From Acidimicrobiia bacterium (GTDB lineage Bacteria; Actinomycetota; Acidimicrobiia; Spongiisociales; UBA4744): a stretch of 64,000 nucleotides of DNA. Position numbers and translations under genes: made by a program. The DNA lies in the NCBI GenBank assembly GCA_029863625.1, contig JAOTUY010000001.1:82046-146045 (forward strand), given 5' to 3'. Below the pieces are notes generated by a model. That model made no database searches, was not told the origin of the DNA, and saw nothing but the letters and a program-made list of their open reading frames with translations. Of the stretch, positions 20,117 through 30,134 are shown one piece after another; position 1 is the first letter of the stretch; each line of letters starts with the position of its first letter.

Positions 20117-20989
20117 ATGAAGAGACTCGTCCTTGTGCTCCTGATCATGGTGGGACTGGTTGCGTGCGCTCCCGATGACCCGGGCCGGGCCGGCAGTGCG
20201 TCTGCAAACAGAGCAGCCGCTACCACCCCCGTCGATCTCGAGGCTTGGTGTGCGACCCAAACACCCGACCGCTGCATCGAGGGGATGGTGTACCTGGATT
20301 GGAATCCAGGGCGGGACACCTGCGTGTTCTCCAGCTCCGACCAATTCGTCCGTTTCTGGGAACTTTGCGGCGACGGAGGTCCGGACGTCGTACCGGTCAC
20401 CACCACCCCGACCCAAGAGTCGATAGATCAGCAGCAGGCTGCCGAACAGAACTACGAAGATGAGGCGGCCCGGCGACTCCCGGTACTGGACGAGCGCGCT
20501 TTCGACTTGCTGGCATCAACGCACTCCGACGGGGTTGTCACCGCGGGGCTCGTGTTAGCCGATCCACTGAATCTGACAGAAGCGGAACAGCTCATGGCCG
20601 ACATTGGCGCAGAGCTGATCTCCGTCTGGCGAACGGACTACGAGTGCTTTCCCGGGTCCGATGCTGCTTGGCCCGTCGCAACGGCCAGCCGATTTGCCTA
20701 CCCGGACGGGGTCGAGCGAGCCGAGAAATCGCGACAGGAGATGGAAAACAGCACCACTCCCGTGACCGGCGCCCATATTCCCTTGAACGCCTTTGCGGTC
20801 ATGGAACAGGCGGCCCTCGCCCTACGCGACCCCGGTGTGCTGCTCGAGGTGGTGCAGGCAAAGGTCTCCGTTGCAGCGCTCGAGTTGTTGCGCAACGATC
20901 CGCGGATCGAACGGGTTCGCTTGGCCGATTTCCCGACCGAGTGGATTGATCTGAGCAACCTACCGATCCCCACCTGCGAGAACAGTTGA
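20117..20989 (+). CDS. Lipoprotein of unknown function (6 Cys)
   Basis: MKRLVLVLLIMVGLVAC lipobox. Sits downstream of the response regulator and kinase in the same orientation. Confidence 0.6.
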   Translation: MKRLVLVLLIMVGLVACAPDDPGRAGSASANRAAATTPVDLEAWCATQTPDRCIEGMVYLDWNPGRDTCVFSSSDQFVRFWELCGDGGPDVVPVTTTPTQESIDQQQAAEQNYEDEAARRLPVLDERAFDLLASTHSDGVVTAGLVLADPLNLTEAEQLMADIGAELISVWRTDYECFPGSDAAWPVATASRFAYPDGVERAEKSRQEMENSTTPVTGAHIPLNAFAVMEQAALALRDPGVLLEVVQAKVSVAALELLRNDPRIERVRLADFPTEWIDLSNLPIPTCENS

Positions 20990-21095
20990 GTCGTCCGTAC
21001 GCTCGAACTCGGCCCGCCCCGCCCGCTCGGCAGCCGGACCCTCGCTGGTTGAAGTGGTGGTTTTCGCCCGGAAGGTCTGAGGGAGGCGGCAGCGC

Positions 21096-21121
21096 GAAGG
21101 GGCCCGTGTTCGGGCCCCTTC
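21096..21121. terminator. Bidirectional GC-rich hairpin GAAGGGGCCCG-tgtt-CGGGCCCCTTC
   Basis: Perfect 11-bp stem between the convergent lipoprotein and SRPBCC genes. Confidence 0.5.
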
Positions 21122-21162
21122 GCACTGGGCAGTCGGTTACCTCGGACCTGCTCGCCCGTTAA

Positions 21163-21618
21163 CTAGTCGGGGATGCCCATCTCGAAGATGTCCTCGAGGT
21201 TGTCCATCGTCCGTTTCAGGTCTTTCTCCAAGGCCTTCGGGAGCAGCGTGGCTTCAATCAGGCGCCCCATGAAGCTGGTTGCCCCTTCCGTCTCCAGCAC
21301 GACGCGCAGGATGAAGTGGTCATCGAGGTCCGTATAGTGCCATTCCTGGATGACCTCGGGGAGCGCAGGGATCTTGCTGCTGAACTTCACCATCGCACCC
21401 TCGTCGCGCCCGTCGAGTGTGAGGACGCCTTCGATACTCCGACCGAGCAGCCGGTACGTGAAGCGGACGCTGTCGCCCACTTTGCTCCAGGCGCCCTTTT
21501 CGGGTTCGACGATGTGATCGAATCCGGCATAGAAATCGGGCCAGCGCCGGAAATCGTTGAGGTAGTCCCAGCCCTTCTTCAATTCGATCGGCATAGTGCG
21601 AGTTTCTTCGAACCGCAT
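21163..21618 (-). CDS. SRPBCC (START / Bet v1-like, polyketide-cyclase SnoaL-unrelated) family protein
   Basis: 151 aa. Pattern typical of the activator-of-Hsp90 / polyketide cyclase SRPBCC fold. GGAGGAGG Shine-Dalgarno lies 10 nt upstream of the ATG. Confidence 0.5.
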   Translation of the reverse strand: MRFEETRTMPIELKKGWDYLNDFRRWPDFYAGFDHIVEPEKGAWSKVGDSVRFTYRLLGRSIEGVLTLDGRDEGAMVKFSSKIPALPEVIQEWHYTDLDDHFILRVVLETEGATSFMGRLIEATLLPKALEKDLKRTMDNLEDIFEMGIPD

Positions 21619-21772
21619 GTGTTTACACCTCCTCCGGGAGTCGGACTCGCGCCCCGGCGGCGGAAGAAGAGGCGCTTGACCCCAGTTTGTAACGTACGTC
21701 GGAAGAGGCTGTGTGCCTAGTGGGTTTGTCTCACGATAAGAGTTCTCGGGCCAGGCCTTCTACCATCTTGGG

Positions 21773-22441
21773 ATGCTCGACTCTGCTTCGTTCCGGCGCG
21801 GTCTCCGAGATGGATTTCCCGTTTTCCTGGCGGTGGGAGTGTTCGGGATCGCTTTTGGGGTACTGGCCGTGCAAACCGGTCTGGCACCCTGGCTGGCGGT
21901 CGTTTCGTCGGTTGTCGTCGTGTCCGGGGCCGCCCAGTTTGCCCTGGTCGGGTTGCTGGTGGCTGGTCCTGGGCCGGTGTTGGTAGCCACTACCGGCCTT
22001 GCCCTGCGCCACTTGCCGATGTCCGCGAAACTGGCAGATCTCATTGGGGAGCGTTCACTTCGAACCAGAGTGAGCCTCGCCTGGGTTCTCACCGATGAGA
22101 CATTTGGTCTAACCCTGCGTGCCTCGCAAACCGGGGTCCCCGACCTGGTGGCCTACAAGGCGGCCGCGGATGTGATGCTCTATTCCGCCTGGGTGACGGG
22201 AACCGCGGTTGGGGCCTTTGTGGGGAGAGCCATCGACCCGGCCGCGCTCGGAATCGACGTGCTCTTCGCTCTGCTGTTTCTCGGCCTGGCCGCCCCGCTG
22301 ATACGCACACGTCGCGACTGGCTGGTCGTCGGCCTGGCGGTGGCTTCTGCGATGCTGGGCACACTGGTCCTCCCGGAGGCGTGGCAGATCACCGGAGCGG
22401 CGACGGCTGCCGCGCTCATCGGGACGGCCATTCGTGAATGA
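21773..22441 (+). CDS. azlC: AzlC-family branched-chain amino acid exporter subunit
   Basis: Roughly 7 TM, 222 aa. Followed by an overlapping azlD-like small hydrophobic gene. Confidence 0.7.
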   Translation: MLDSASFRRGLRDGFPVFLAVGVFGIAFGVLAVQTGLAPWLAVVSSVVVVSGAAQFALVGLLVAGPGPVLVATTGLALRHLPMSAKLADLIGERSLRTRVSLAWVLTDETFGLTLRASQTGVPDLVAYKAAADVMLYSAWVTGTAVGAFVGRAIDPAALGIDVLFALLFLGLAAPLIRTRRDWLVVGLAVASAMLGTLVLPEAWQITGAATAAALIGTAIRE

Positions 22442-22742
22442 CCTGGCCTTGATCGTGCTGGTCGCCATCGTCACGTTTGGCAGTCGGGTGGCGTTCCTGG
22501 CCCGTCGCCGACCGGTCCCGGAGGGACTACTTGGCCGCTTTCTCGAAGTCTTTCCGCTGGCCCTCTTTGTAGCGCTGGCAACGAGCGGACTGGTTGCGCC
22601 CGAAGGATCCCTGGCCGTCACCCCTGCCCTGGGCGGTGCGGCCGGCGGCGTGGTCGGAGCCGTCGCCACCCGGCGGTCGCTGGTCGGAACCATCCTGCTC
22701 GGGGCAGCCGGCTACTGGCTGACCCGGGTTCTGGTGGGGTGA
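22434..22742 (+). CDS. azlD: AzlD-family small membrane protein
   Basis: 102 aa, 3-4 TM (MNDLALIVLVAIVTFGSRVAFL...). Overlaps azlC by 8 nt. Confidence 0.7.
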   Translation: MNDLALIVLVAIVTFGSRVAFLARRRPVPEGLLGRFLEVFPLALFVALATSGLVAPEGSLAVTPALGGAAGGVVGAVATRRSLVGTILLGAAGYWLTRVLVG

Positions 22743-22832
22743 CTTGGAGACCGCCGAGCAACATACGTTGCCCATCCAGCCGAATGGAACGCCTGCTGGC
22801 CGATCTACGCAACGGCATCGCTCAGCGGACCC

Positions 22833-23987
22833 CTACCCAGCCAGGTAGCTGATGATGCGGTCTTCCTCTGCCTCGCCATCGGCGATGAAGTCGATGACGA
22901 AGTCACGAGCTTCCTCATCGAGGTATTGGACCGGGGGGCTCTTCATGAAGTAGGCGGAAGGTCCTGGCAGCGGTCCACCCATGCCACGGTCCCTGGCGAT
23001 TTGCACCGTCCGGATGGCGTCGATCACCACTCCCGCCGAATTCGGCGAATCCCACACCTCGAGCTTCAACTCGAGATTGAGGGGGACGCCACCAAACGAT
23101 CTTCCTTCGAGCCGGATATAGGCCCATTTGCGGTCTGAGAGCCAGGCCACGAAGTCGGATGGCCCGATGTGAACATTGCCGTCCCCGAGATCGTAGGGGA
23201 TCTGGGAGGTAACGGCCTGCGTCTTGGAGATCTTCTTTGACTCAAGCCGGTCGCTTTCCAGCATGTTCTTGAAGTCCATGTTGCCGCCAACATTGAGCTG
23301 CATCGTCCGCTCCAGATCGACGCCCCGTTCCTCGAAAAGGCGGGCCAGTGCCCGATGGACGATGGTCGCTCCGACCTGCGACTTGATGTCATCGCCAATG
23401 ATGGGGATCCCTGCGGTACGAAACCTCTCGGCCCACGATCTGTTTGAGGCGATGAACACCGGAATGCAGTTGACGAACCCCACCCCCGCCTCCAACGCAG
23501 CTTCGGCGTAGAAGCGGGTCGCCTCTTCCGAGCCGACCGGCAGGTAGTTCACCAGCACGTCCGCCCGCGCCTCTCGCAGAGCTGCGACCACGTCAACCGG
23601 GTCCACCATCGATTCCTCAACAGAGTCGCGGTAGTAGGCGCCGAGCCCGTCGAGCGTCGGTCCGCGCAGCACCTCTGTTTCGAGATCTCCGACGTCGGCG
23701 AAGCGCACGGTGTTGTTCATGCCTGCCCACATCGCCTTGGAGAGATCCAGACCGACTTTGGTCGTGTCCACATCGAAGGCGGTCACGAACCGCAGATCGC
23801 CAATGTGGTAATCGCCCATCCGCACGTTCATGAGACCCGGGACCGAGTCGCCGGGCACCGCGGTCCGGTAGTAGTCGACCCCTTGGACGAGCGAGTTGGC
23901 GCAGTTGCCCACTCCGACGATGGCCACTCGAATCTCACTCAATGGTTTCGGGTCCTCTCGGGGCGTTATGACTGGCCGGCCGGTCAT
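22833..23987 (-). CDS. ino1: myo-Inositol-1-phosphate synthase
   Basis: Near-colinear with mycobacterial Ino1: [78 protein letters not shown]. Confidence 0.9.
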   Translation of the reverse strand: MTGRPVITPREDPKPLSEIRVAIVGVGNCANSLVQGVDYYRTAVPGDSVPGLMNVRMGDYHIGDLRFVTAFDVDTTKVGLDLSKAMWAGMNNTVRFADVGDLETEVLRGPTLDGLGAYYRDSVEESMVDPVDVVAALREARADVLVNYLPVGSEEATRFYAEAALEAGVGFVNCIPVFIASNRSWAERFRTAGIPIIGDDIKSQVGATIVHRALARLFEERGVDLERTMQLNVGGNMDFKNMLESDRLESKKISKTQAVTSQIPYDLGDGNVHIGPSDFVAWLSDRKWAYIRLEGRSFGGVPLNLELKLEVWDSPNSAGVVIDAIRTVQIARDRGMGGPLPGPSAYFMKSPPVQYLDEEARDFVIDFIADGEAEEDRIISYLAG

Positions 23988-24112
23988 GGTTAGGCGGTTT
24001 GTTGATCTCTAGGTAGATATCTTGCCCAAACCCCGAAGTTACGTCCATTCCCTTTTGACCTGGCCGACGATACGCTCGACAATCCTCAACTATTGAGAAA
24101 GGCTGAACACCC

Positions 24113-24505
24113 ATGGCCGACACGCTTGTCACCACACATTCCATCTGGCGGTGGCTCGTACTGGTGGGGCTCGTTGCTGCGCTTGTATACGGATTCTCCC
24201 GGTCTTCGGACGCCGCCCCCCTCGAGAAGAGCACTGCTCAGCCGTTTATGTTCTCGCTGATCATGCTCGATATCCAGGTTCTCATCGGCCTATTCCTGTG
24301 GATCGCCGCGAGCGGATGGGACCTCGATGTCTTCCGTGCCTGGATCCATCCGGTCGGCATGCTCATCGCCCTCGGGGTCGGGCACGCGGTCGTCGGTCGA
24401 GCCATAAAATTCGGAGCGTCGTCGGCCTACCGGACCGCTGCAGTCGGGATCCTGGTGACGCTGGTCATTGTTGCGGCTTCGATTCCGCGGGACGCATGGT
24501 TCTGA
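24113..24505 (+). CDS. Hypothetical 4-TM membrane protein
   Basis: 130 aa, hydrophobic segments. Divergent from ino1. Confidence 0.5.
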   Translation: MADTLVTTHSIWRWLVLVGLVAALVYGFSRSSDAAPLEKSTAQPFMFSLIMLDIQVLIGLFLWIAASGWDLDVFRAWIHPVGMLIALGVGHAVVGRAIKFGASSAYRTAAVGILVTLVIVAASIPRDAWF

Positions 24506-24714
24506 GACGGTATGTCCTTGCCGGTTTGGAAGTTCCGGCGCTGAAGGGCGAGTACGCCCGGCGCCACGAGCCGACCCGAGCGGCGGCCTCGCCTCGTCGG
24601 GGATCATCGCCGAATACGGACGGGTTCAATGGATGCGGAACCCGGGAGTTTAGGGGTTGCAGACAGGTCGTAGACACACCGTATTCGTGTCTTTGTGACG
24701 TCAAAACCCCTGAT

Positions 24715-26487
24715 CTAGCCGTCGTAGTCGATCAGCACCATCAAGGAGCCGCGATACACAGACCCATCGATACTGGTTCCGGCGATCACGGCCGTGAATG
24801 GCTCGAGGGCCACTCGCACGTCGCCCTCCGCTCCGAACACGTCGACCATCGCCGCCACATCGGCGTAGAAGGAGACCACGTATTCTTCGCCAGGAAGGGC
24901 GTCGATCGCGGCTGCAAAGCTCGGATTGGTGGTCAGATCTGGTCCGCCGGCGCCGATCCTGGCCAGGTCGTTGCTGCTTGTACCGATCAGGAAGCGCTGG
25001 CCGGTGACACCATAGGCCACCGCCTCTGCTCCGTCATCTTCGAAGACGTAGAACTCGTTTCCGGCGACCATCGAGGTGGAAACCGGCATTCCCTCATCGG
25101 CCAGAAGGTCGTTCAGCTTCGAGAGGGAAGCCCGCACCGGATCCGGCGAAGACGTGCCGACGAATCCGACCAACCCGATCGGGTAACCCGTTTCGGCGGC
25201 TAGAAGACCATCTCCGGATCGGAGCAGGGCAACACCGAGGGCGCCGTCCAGATATGCGACGAAGTCGTCGATCGGATGGAAGCCGAGTTCTTCAGCGAAG
25301 GTATCGAGCTCGTCCTCATAACCTGACTGCAGGCCCATGATCGAGGTCGCAACGGACGACCAGATCCCCGCCGGGCTCCCGTACTCCACGAAGGCGAGCG
25401 TGTCGGTCGGCAGGAGGGCGGGGACGGCTCCCGTACCAAGCAACTCCGGTGTGTACCAATCGGGTACCTGCCCATCTTCGAACAGGACGACTCCATCGAA
25501 GGCAACGCCTGCGTCGGTGACGGTCACGGCCAGGGCGGCTCCCCTCCAACCGTCCAATGAGTTCTGGGTCAGCTCGACGTCGGGTGAGATTTCCCCGAAG
25601 TCGGTGAGCAGGTCCTCATAGAGCGAACGGTAGAAACCTGCGTCGATCCAACCGGTGAACAAGCGCGAGTCCGGGAGCGATGCGGTGACCTCTGCGAAGG
25701 CCGGGTTGTCGGCCAAAGAAGTTCCGCTCTGAGCATCGATGCCGCGCTGCACGGCTCGGGTGGTGCCGGCCAGCAGCATTCCATCTGACACGCCGATGGC
25801 TGCATCGGTCCCGGCGTCTGCCCAGGCCAGCAGGTCAACACCGCCATACTCGATCGGCGCCAGGACAATTCCCTCACGACCCGCAGAGACTCGGAAAGTC
25901 TCCAAGAAATCTCGAGCTTCACCCTCGTTTCTCACTTCGACGGCCACCAGGACATCAGGGGTCGTTGTGTAATCCATTGGATCCCACCCGCCGCCGAGAA
26001 CTCCCACCCCGATCGTCCGACCGATCCAGGGTTGGATGTCGTTGCTGAAATCGAAACCGGCAGATGCCTGGAGCTGAGCGTCGAGGTCGGCGATCAGGTC
26101 TTCAGGGTCGTTGATATCCTCACCGAGCCGGCCGAGGACTCCTCTGATCGTGTTGACCAGTGCCCCGGTCGTGTCTTCGCCGGTCAGCTGGAGAAGGTCC
26201 ACCGAGAAGTAGACATCTGTATCCGGGGGCATGGAAGTGGAGGGTGCCTGACTGACGGCGGTGAAGGCCTGGAGAGCGAAGAACCCTCCGCCACCGACGA
26301 GGGCCAACACTGCCACGGCACTGGCCACGAGCACCCACGGACCCCGCTTTTTTGTGGCGATCACTCCGGACGCATACGTGGCTTGGATCAGCCCGGAGGT
26401 CGAGGACGTGTCGAATGAATCGACGGGCAGCTCGTACGGATCAGACGGCGGGTAGTCCATAGCCACGTCTATCGGCATTTCGCCCAT
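24715..26487 (-). CDS. Large membrane-anchored hypothetical protein (possibly DUF3352-like)
   Basis: 590 aa. Pro/Asp-rich N-terminus, a single TM (WVLVASAVAVLALVGGGGFFAL), then a large Gly/Asp/Ala-rich extracytoplasmic domain. No recognisable catalytic motif. Confidence 0.55.
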   Translation of the reverse strand: MGEMPIDVAMDYPPSDPYELPVDSFDTSSTSGLIQATYASGVIATKKRGPWVLVASAVAVLALVGGGGFFALQAFTAVSQAPSTSMPPDTDVYFSVDLLQLTGEDTTGALVNTIRGVLGRLGEDINDPEDLIADLDAQLQASAGFDFSNDIQPWIGRTIGVGVLGGGWDPMDYTTTPDVLVAVEVRNEGEARDFLETFRVSAGREGIVLAPIEYGGVDLLAWADAGTDAAIGVSDGMLLAGTTRAVQRGIDAQSGTSLADNPAFAEVTASLPDSRLFTGWIDAGFYRSLYEDLLTDFGEISPDVELTQNSLDGWRGAALAVTVTDAGVAFDGVVLFEDGQVPDWYTPELLGTGAVPALLPTDTLAFVEYGSPAGIWSSVATSIMGLQSGYEDELDTFAEELGFHPIDDFVAYLDGALGVALLRSGDGLLAAETGYPIGLVGFVGTSSPDPVRASLSKLNDLLADEGMPVSTSMVAGNEFYVFEDDGAEAVAYGVTGQRFLIGTSSNDLARIGAGGPDLTTNPSFAAAIDALPGEEYVVSFYADVAAMVDVFGAEGDVRVALEPFTAVIAGTSIDGSVYRGSLMVLIDYDG

Positions 26488-26684
26488 CGCGCTTTACCTG
26501 CGCGGGAGAACCAGGGGCGAGCGTGTTCTTGCTACCGATGCCACTAGTGGGAACGGGCCGGCCACAGGGATTTGACGATGGACGATGGCGCCTCATTGGG
26601 AATCTCGAAGTGGTGCAGGTGCAGCCGATCGAGGGTGCCAGGACCGACGAAACCCGTCAGCGCGGCCCGCCTCGCAGCGGGCCG

Positions 26685-27200
26685 TCAGGGGGTTGTGGCG
26701 CCGAACGGGAACCGGCGCCGGACGGACCAGCTGCCGGCGCGCATGATCATGAGCCAGGCCTGGCGAGCCGTACAGGCGATCGGGAGCGCCGGTTCGAGGG
26801 TTTTGCGGATCTCCTCGATGCCGTGGGAGGTGTGGGCCACGGTCAGATGGGGGGTTACGTCGCTGTAGATACCCCCGTATGGTGGTGTTTCAGGCCAGCG
26901 CGTGGCGATCGCGGCGGTGAGCCGGGAGAAACGCTCGACCGGATCGGGAGCCAGAAATACCAGGTCGGGAAACTGGGAGATGGTCGAGAGAACGAAATCG
27001 AATGGGGTCACTCCGGCGAAGATCGCGGCCAACGCCGCCAGAATCGGTTCGTCCAACGCCTCTGGTGCGATGAACGGGTAGAGCACGGTGACGTGGGCCG
27101 GCAAGCCGGCCGGGGCGGCCGGGTCGAACCGGGCCCGGAAATCCTTTACCAACGGTTCGGCTTCAGGAACCGGCACGACCAAAGCCGACTCGCGCGTCAA
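26685..27200 (-). CDS. 2H-phosphoesterase (LigT / 2'-5' RNA ligase-like) family protein
   Basis: Two H-x-T-x motifs (HVTVLYPF and HLTVAHTS). TTG start overlaps the stop of the upstream PPOX gene as TTGA. The track ORF to 27734 is an out-of-frame extension across the PPOX gene. Confidence 0.55.
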   Translation of the reverse strand: MTRESALVVPVPEAEPLVKDFRARFDPAAPAGLPAHVTVLYPFIAPEALDEPILAALAAIFAGVTPFDFVLSTISQFPDLVFLAPDPVERFSRLTAAIATRWPETPPYGGIYSDVTPHLTVAHTSHGIEEIRKTLEPALPIACTARQAWLMIMRAGSWSVRRRFPFGATTP

Positions 27201-27670
27201 TAGGCACCTCGCAGCTTGCGGTGATCCCACGAAACAACTTCTTCCAACTCGACCATGACGGCCGTGTTCTTGCCGGCGTACCGACCAAATAGCAGCTCGA
27301 GCGTCTCGGGATCCAGCGCTGCGGATCCCCCGCCCCCCTCGTATTTGGCGGCGATCCGCCCGTAGGTCTCGAGCACGGTGGGGCGGTCGTCGATCAACCG
27401 GGCGCGCCCTTTGACCATCACCCCCCGCAGGGTGTCGTACGAATTGCCTTCTTCGACCAGCACGGTGAGGCGCGGGTCTCGGCGCAGGTTGACGATCCGT
27501 TGTGATCTCGAGAATGAGCGGAACGTAATGCGATCTTCGGCTATCACGTACCAGACAGTGGTGAGATGGGGATAACCGTCGGAACCGAGCGTGGCGACCT
27601 GGAGATTTCGGCCGGCTTCCAGGAAGGCCCGAGCCTCCTCGATGGTCATCGAGACGTCTTTGCGTGCCAT
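27197..27670 (-). CDS. Pyridoxamine 5'-phosphate oxidase-family (F420/FMN-binding split barrel) protein
   Basis: 157 aa. LQVATLGSDGYPHLTTVWYV is typical of the PPOX class. Confidence 0.65.
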   Translation of the reverse strand: MARKDVSMTIEEARAFLEAGRNLQVATLGSDGYPHLTTVWYVIAEDRITFRSFSRSQRIVNLRRDPRLTVLVEEGNSYDTLRGVMVKGRARLIDDRPTVLETYGRIAAKYEGGGGSAALDPETLELLFGRYAGKNTAVMVELEEVVSWDHRKLRGAY

Positions 27671-27856
27671 GGGAGAAGAGTAGAGATGGTTCTCGGCGGG
27701 AGCGCCTTGGTTGAAGAGAGAAAGGCGAGATCACCTTCGAGCCGGGATCACCTCCCGTCCTATTGCTCGTACCTGTACGGGCTCCGGTTTGGGTCGGCTT
27801 CCAAGGGTGGTTGCGCGGTCAAGACGCGCAATTCGCCTGCCGATACTTATCTCCAG

Positions 27857-29512
27857 ATGTCTCAAGGCACAGAAACTGCGGAACGCCTGGGAACCGGCCG
27901 GGCGACTGGAGACGATTCCGGTGTTTCCGCGCGTGCCGATGTGGTGAACATGGAGAGGCTGGACACCTCTCTGGCTCGCCGCTATCACCTGACGCGTCTA
28001 GTCATCGCCGGGGTGATGTTCCTGGTGAGCTTGGCATTGGTATTCGCCTGGGAATGGCCGGTGGGTCTTTTCGTTGCCGGAGTTGCAATGGGGGCGGCTG
28101 CAGATGCCTGGATGAGATTTGAAGGTCGCTGGTCCCGGTCGGCTCGGTTGCCTTTGGTGGTCGACTCGACCGCCATCGGGGCTGCCACCGTGCTCGGCCA
28201 ACTTCCGGCCGAGGTGGTGATCATCCCTTTCTCCTACATATTCGTGAGCGCTTTTGCCATGTTGAAGGTCCGGACTGCAACGTGGTTTGTTCTCTATCCG
28301 ACCATATGGCTGGTCGTTCACTTGCTCCTGGTCGGTAGCGGCGATTGGTCGGAAACCGAACTATGGATAATCAGGGCGGTCGGCTTGCTGACGTACCTGC
28401 CGGGGATGGTGGCGGTGCTCATCTCTGCGTCTGGCGCTCTGCAGTCCGCCGAGCGACTCGACCGTCAATTAGTGGTCAGCGAGAGACAGCTCGAACTGGC
28501 CATAACCGGCGCGCCGCTCGTCCTTTTCGAGTACAACCCACATGGCATCTTCACTTTGTCCGAGGGAGCCGGGTTGGAGAAACTCGGGTTGGTTCCCGGT
28601 GAGGTCGTCGGCCTTTCAGCCCTCGAGGTATATGCCGACGTTCCTGGAGTCCTCTCTGCTGTCGAGCGGTCCTTGCGGGGCGAATCGTTCTCTGAAGTCG
28701 TCCAGCTCGGCGATGCGTTCTTCCAGGTTCAGTATCGGGCGCAATTCGACGAGGACGGCAGCCTCGAAAGAGTGATCGGCGTCGCCACCGACGTATCCGA
28801 GCGGGTGGCGGCTGAGGCCGCTCTGGAAGCGTTGGTTCGTTCCAAAGACGAGTTCGTGGCAACGATCGCCCATGAACTCCGCACTCCGCTCACCGCCGTG
28901 GTCGGTCTGTCTGAGGAGCTGCGCTCGAGCCACCAGGTGTTCAAGCCGGCCGAGATAGCCGAATTCATCGACATGATTGCCGATCAGAGCCACGAGGTGG
29001 CAGCGATCGTTGAGGACCTGCTCGTCGCGGCCCGGGCCGACATCGGGAAGGTGTCCGTCATCTCTCAGAAGGTTGACCTGCAGCGGGTGGTCGAGGGGGT
29101 ACTGACGGAAACCAATCATTTGCGAACTTCGACCACCCGGTCGATTGTTTTTGAGGAAGCTCGAGGTTGGGCGGTTGCGGATCCCCAACGGGTTCGTCAG
29201 ATTCTCCGGAATCTCGTGACCAACGCGTTCCGCTACGGAGGTGAAGATGTCTGGATCGAGGTCGATTCGACCCTGGCCTGGTGCAAGATCGTGGTTGCCG
29301 ATAGCGGGCCCGGGATATCTGAGTCTGAACGGGAAGCCATCTTTGAGCCCTTCCGCCGGGCCCACGACACGCCCGGGCTTCCTGGTTCGCTTGGGCTCGG
29401 GCTCTCCGTAGCTCGGAAACTGGCAGAGATGATGGACGGCACGCTCAGCTACCGGCACACCGGCGGTCGGAGTGAGTTCGAGCTGGCCTTGCCGGCGGGC
29501 CCGGAGCAGTAG
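27857..29512 (+). CDS. Sensor histidine kinase with a multi-TM N-terminal sensor, PAS, HisKA and HATPase_c; no adjacent response regulator
   Basis: ATG at 27857. Roughly 6 TM. H-box ATIAHELRTPLTAVVGLSE. ATPase motifs VADSGPGISESEREAIFEPF and GLGLSVARKLAEMMDG. Confidence 0.75.
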   Translation: MSQGTETAERLGTGRATGDDSGVSARADVVNMERLDTSLARRYHLTRLVIAGVMFLVSLALVFAWEWPVGLFVAGVAMGAAADAWMRFEGRWSRSARLPLVVDSTAIGAATVLGQLPAEVVIIPFSYIFVSAFAMLKVRTATWFVLYPTIWLVVHLLLVGSGDWSETELWIIRAVGLLTYLPGMVAVLISASGALQSAERLDRQLVVSERQLELAITGAPLVLFEYNPHGIFTLSEGAGLEKLGLVPGEVVGLSALEVYADVPGVLSAVERSLRGESFSEVVQLGDAFFQVQYRAQFDEDGSLERVIGVATDVSERVAAEAALEALVRSKDEFVATIAHELRTPLTAVVGLSEELRSSHQVFKPAEIAEFIDMIADQSHEVAAIVEDLLVAARADIGKVSVISQKVDLQRVVEGVLTETNHLRTSTTRSIVFEEARGWAVADPQRVRQILRNLVTNAFRYGGEDVWIEVDSTLAWCKIVVADSGPGISESEREAIFEPFRRAHDTPGLPGSLGLGLSVARKLAEMMDGTLSYRHTGGRSEFELALPAGPEQ

Positions 29513-29539
29513 AGGCCGGGCGTCGAAGCGGGAATCGAT

Positions 29540-29995
29540 CTATTTCGAGTCGTGGACTTCCGCTTCTTTGCTTTCGGGCTTCCGGTTCTTTGCCATCGCC
29601 GTCGGGAATTGCCGAGTTAGCGACGCGGGCAGCAGGGTCAGCAGCATAATGCTCGGCTCGATGGCCTCGACAGAGTGGGGAAGCCCGGCGGACATGTGGG
29701 CCCAATCGCCCGGCTTGGCTTCGAATGTCTCCGATCCCATCGTCAGCCGGAGATGTCCGGACAGGACCTGGATGATGGCCGGCAGTGCGGCGGTGTGTTC
29801 GGTGAGTTCCTGATCTTGGTCGAAGGCAAAAATGACCACCCGAACGTGATCGTCTTTGTACACCACCTTGCTGAGGGTCCCCTCAACGGGAATCTCGGTT
29901 GTGTTGACCAGATCGGCGAGGAACGTGTGTTGCGAGGTCATAGTCGTCAGCGTACCGGGAACCCGGGAGCTCGGGTTGGCTGGGGAGTGTTTCAC
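29540..29995 (-). CDS. Cupin-domain protein
   Basis: HTAALPAIIQVLSGHLRLT...GDWAHMSAGLPHSVEA is a cupin two-motif pattern. Confidence 0.6.
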   Translation of the reverse strand: MKHSPANPSSRVPGTLTTMTSQHTFLADLVNTTEIPVEGTLSKVVYKDDHVRVVIFAFDQDQELTEHTAALPAIIQVLSGHLRLTMGSETFEAKPGDWAHMSAGLPHSVEAIEPSIMLLTLLPASLTRQFPTAMAKNRKPESKEAEVHDSK

Positions 29996-30134
29996 AACCC
30001 GATCCGGTAATGTAGGTGTTGGTTCAGAGCACGGTTGACCCCTCGGGGGCGGCTGAGGTTCGATCGGACCGAAGGCAAAGCCCAGATTTCATGGAGTCCC
30101 CCAACCCGTCGGGGTGGGGAGAGAGGAATCGAAC

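Noticed and set aside
24650-24705. Hairpin GACAC..GTGTC followed by TGACGTCA palindrome
   Set aside because: Short 5-bp stem. Plausible weak terminator for the convergent pair but not distinctive.
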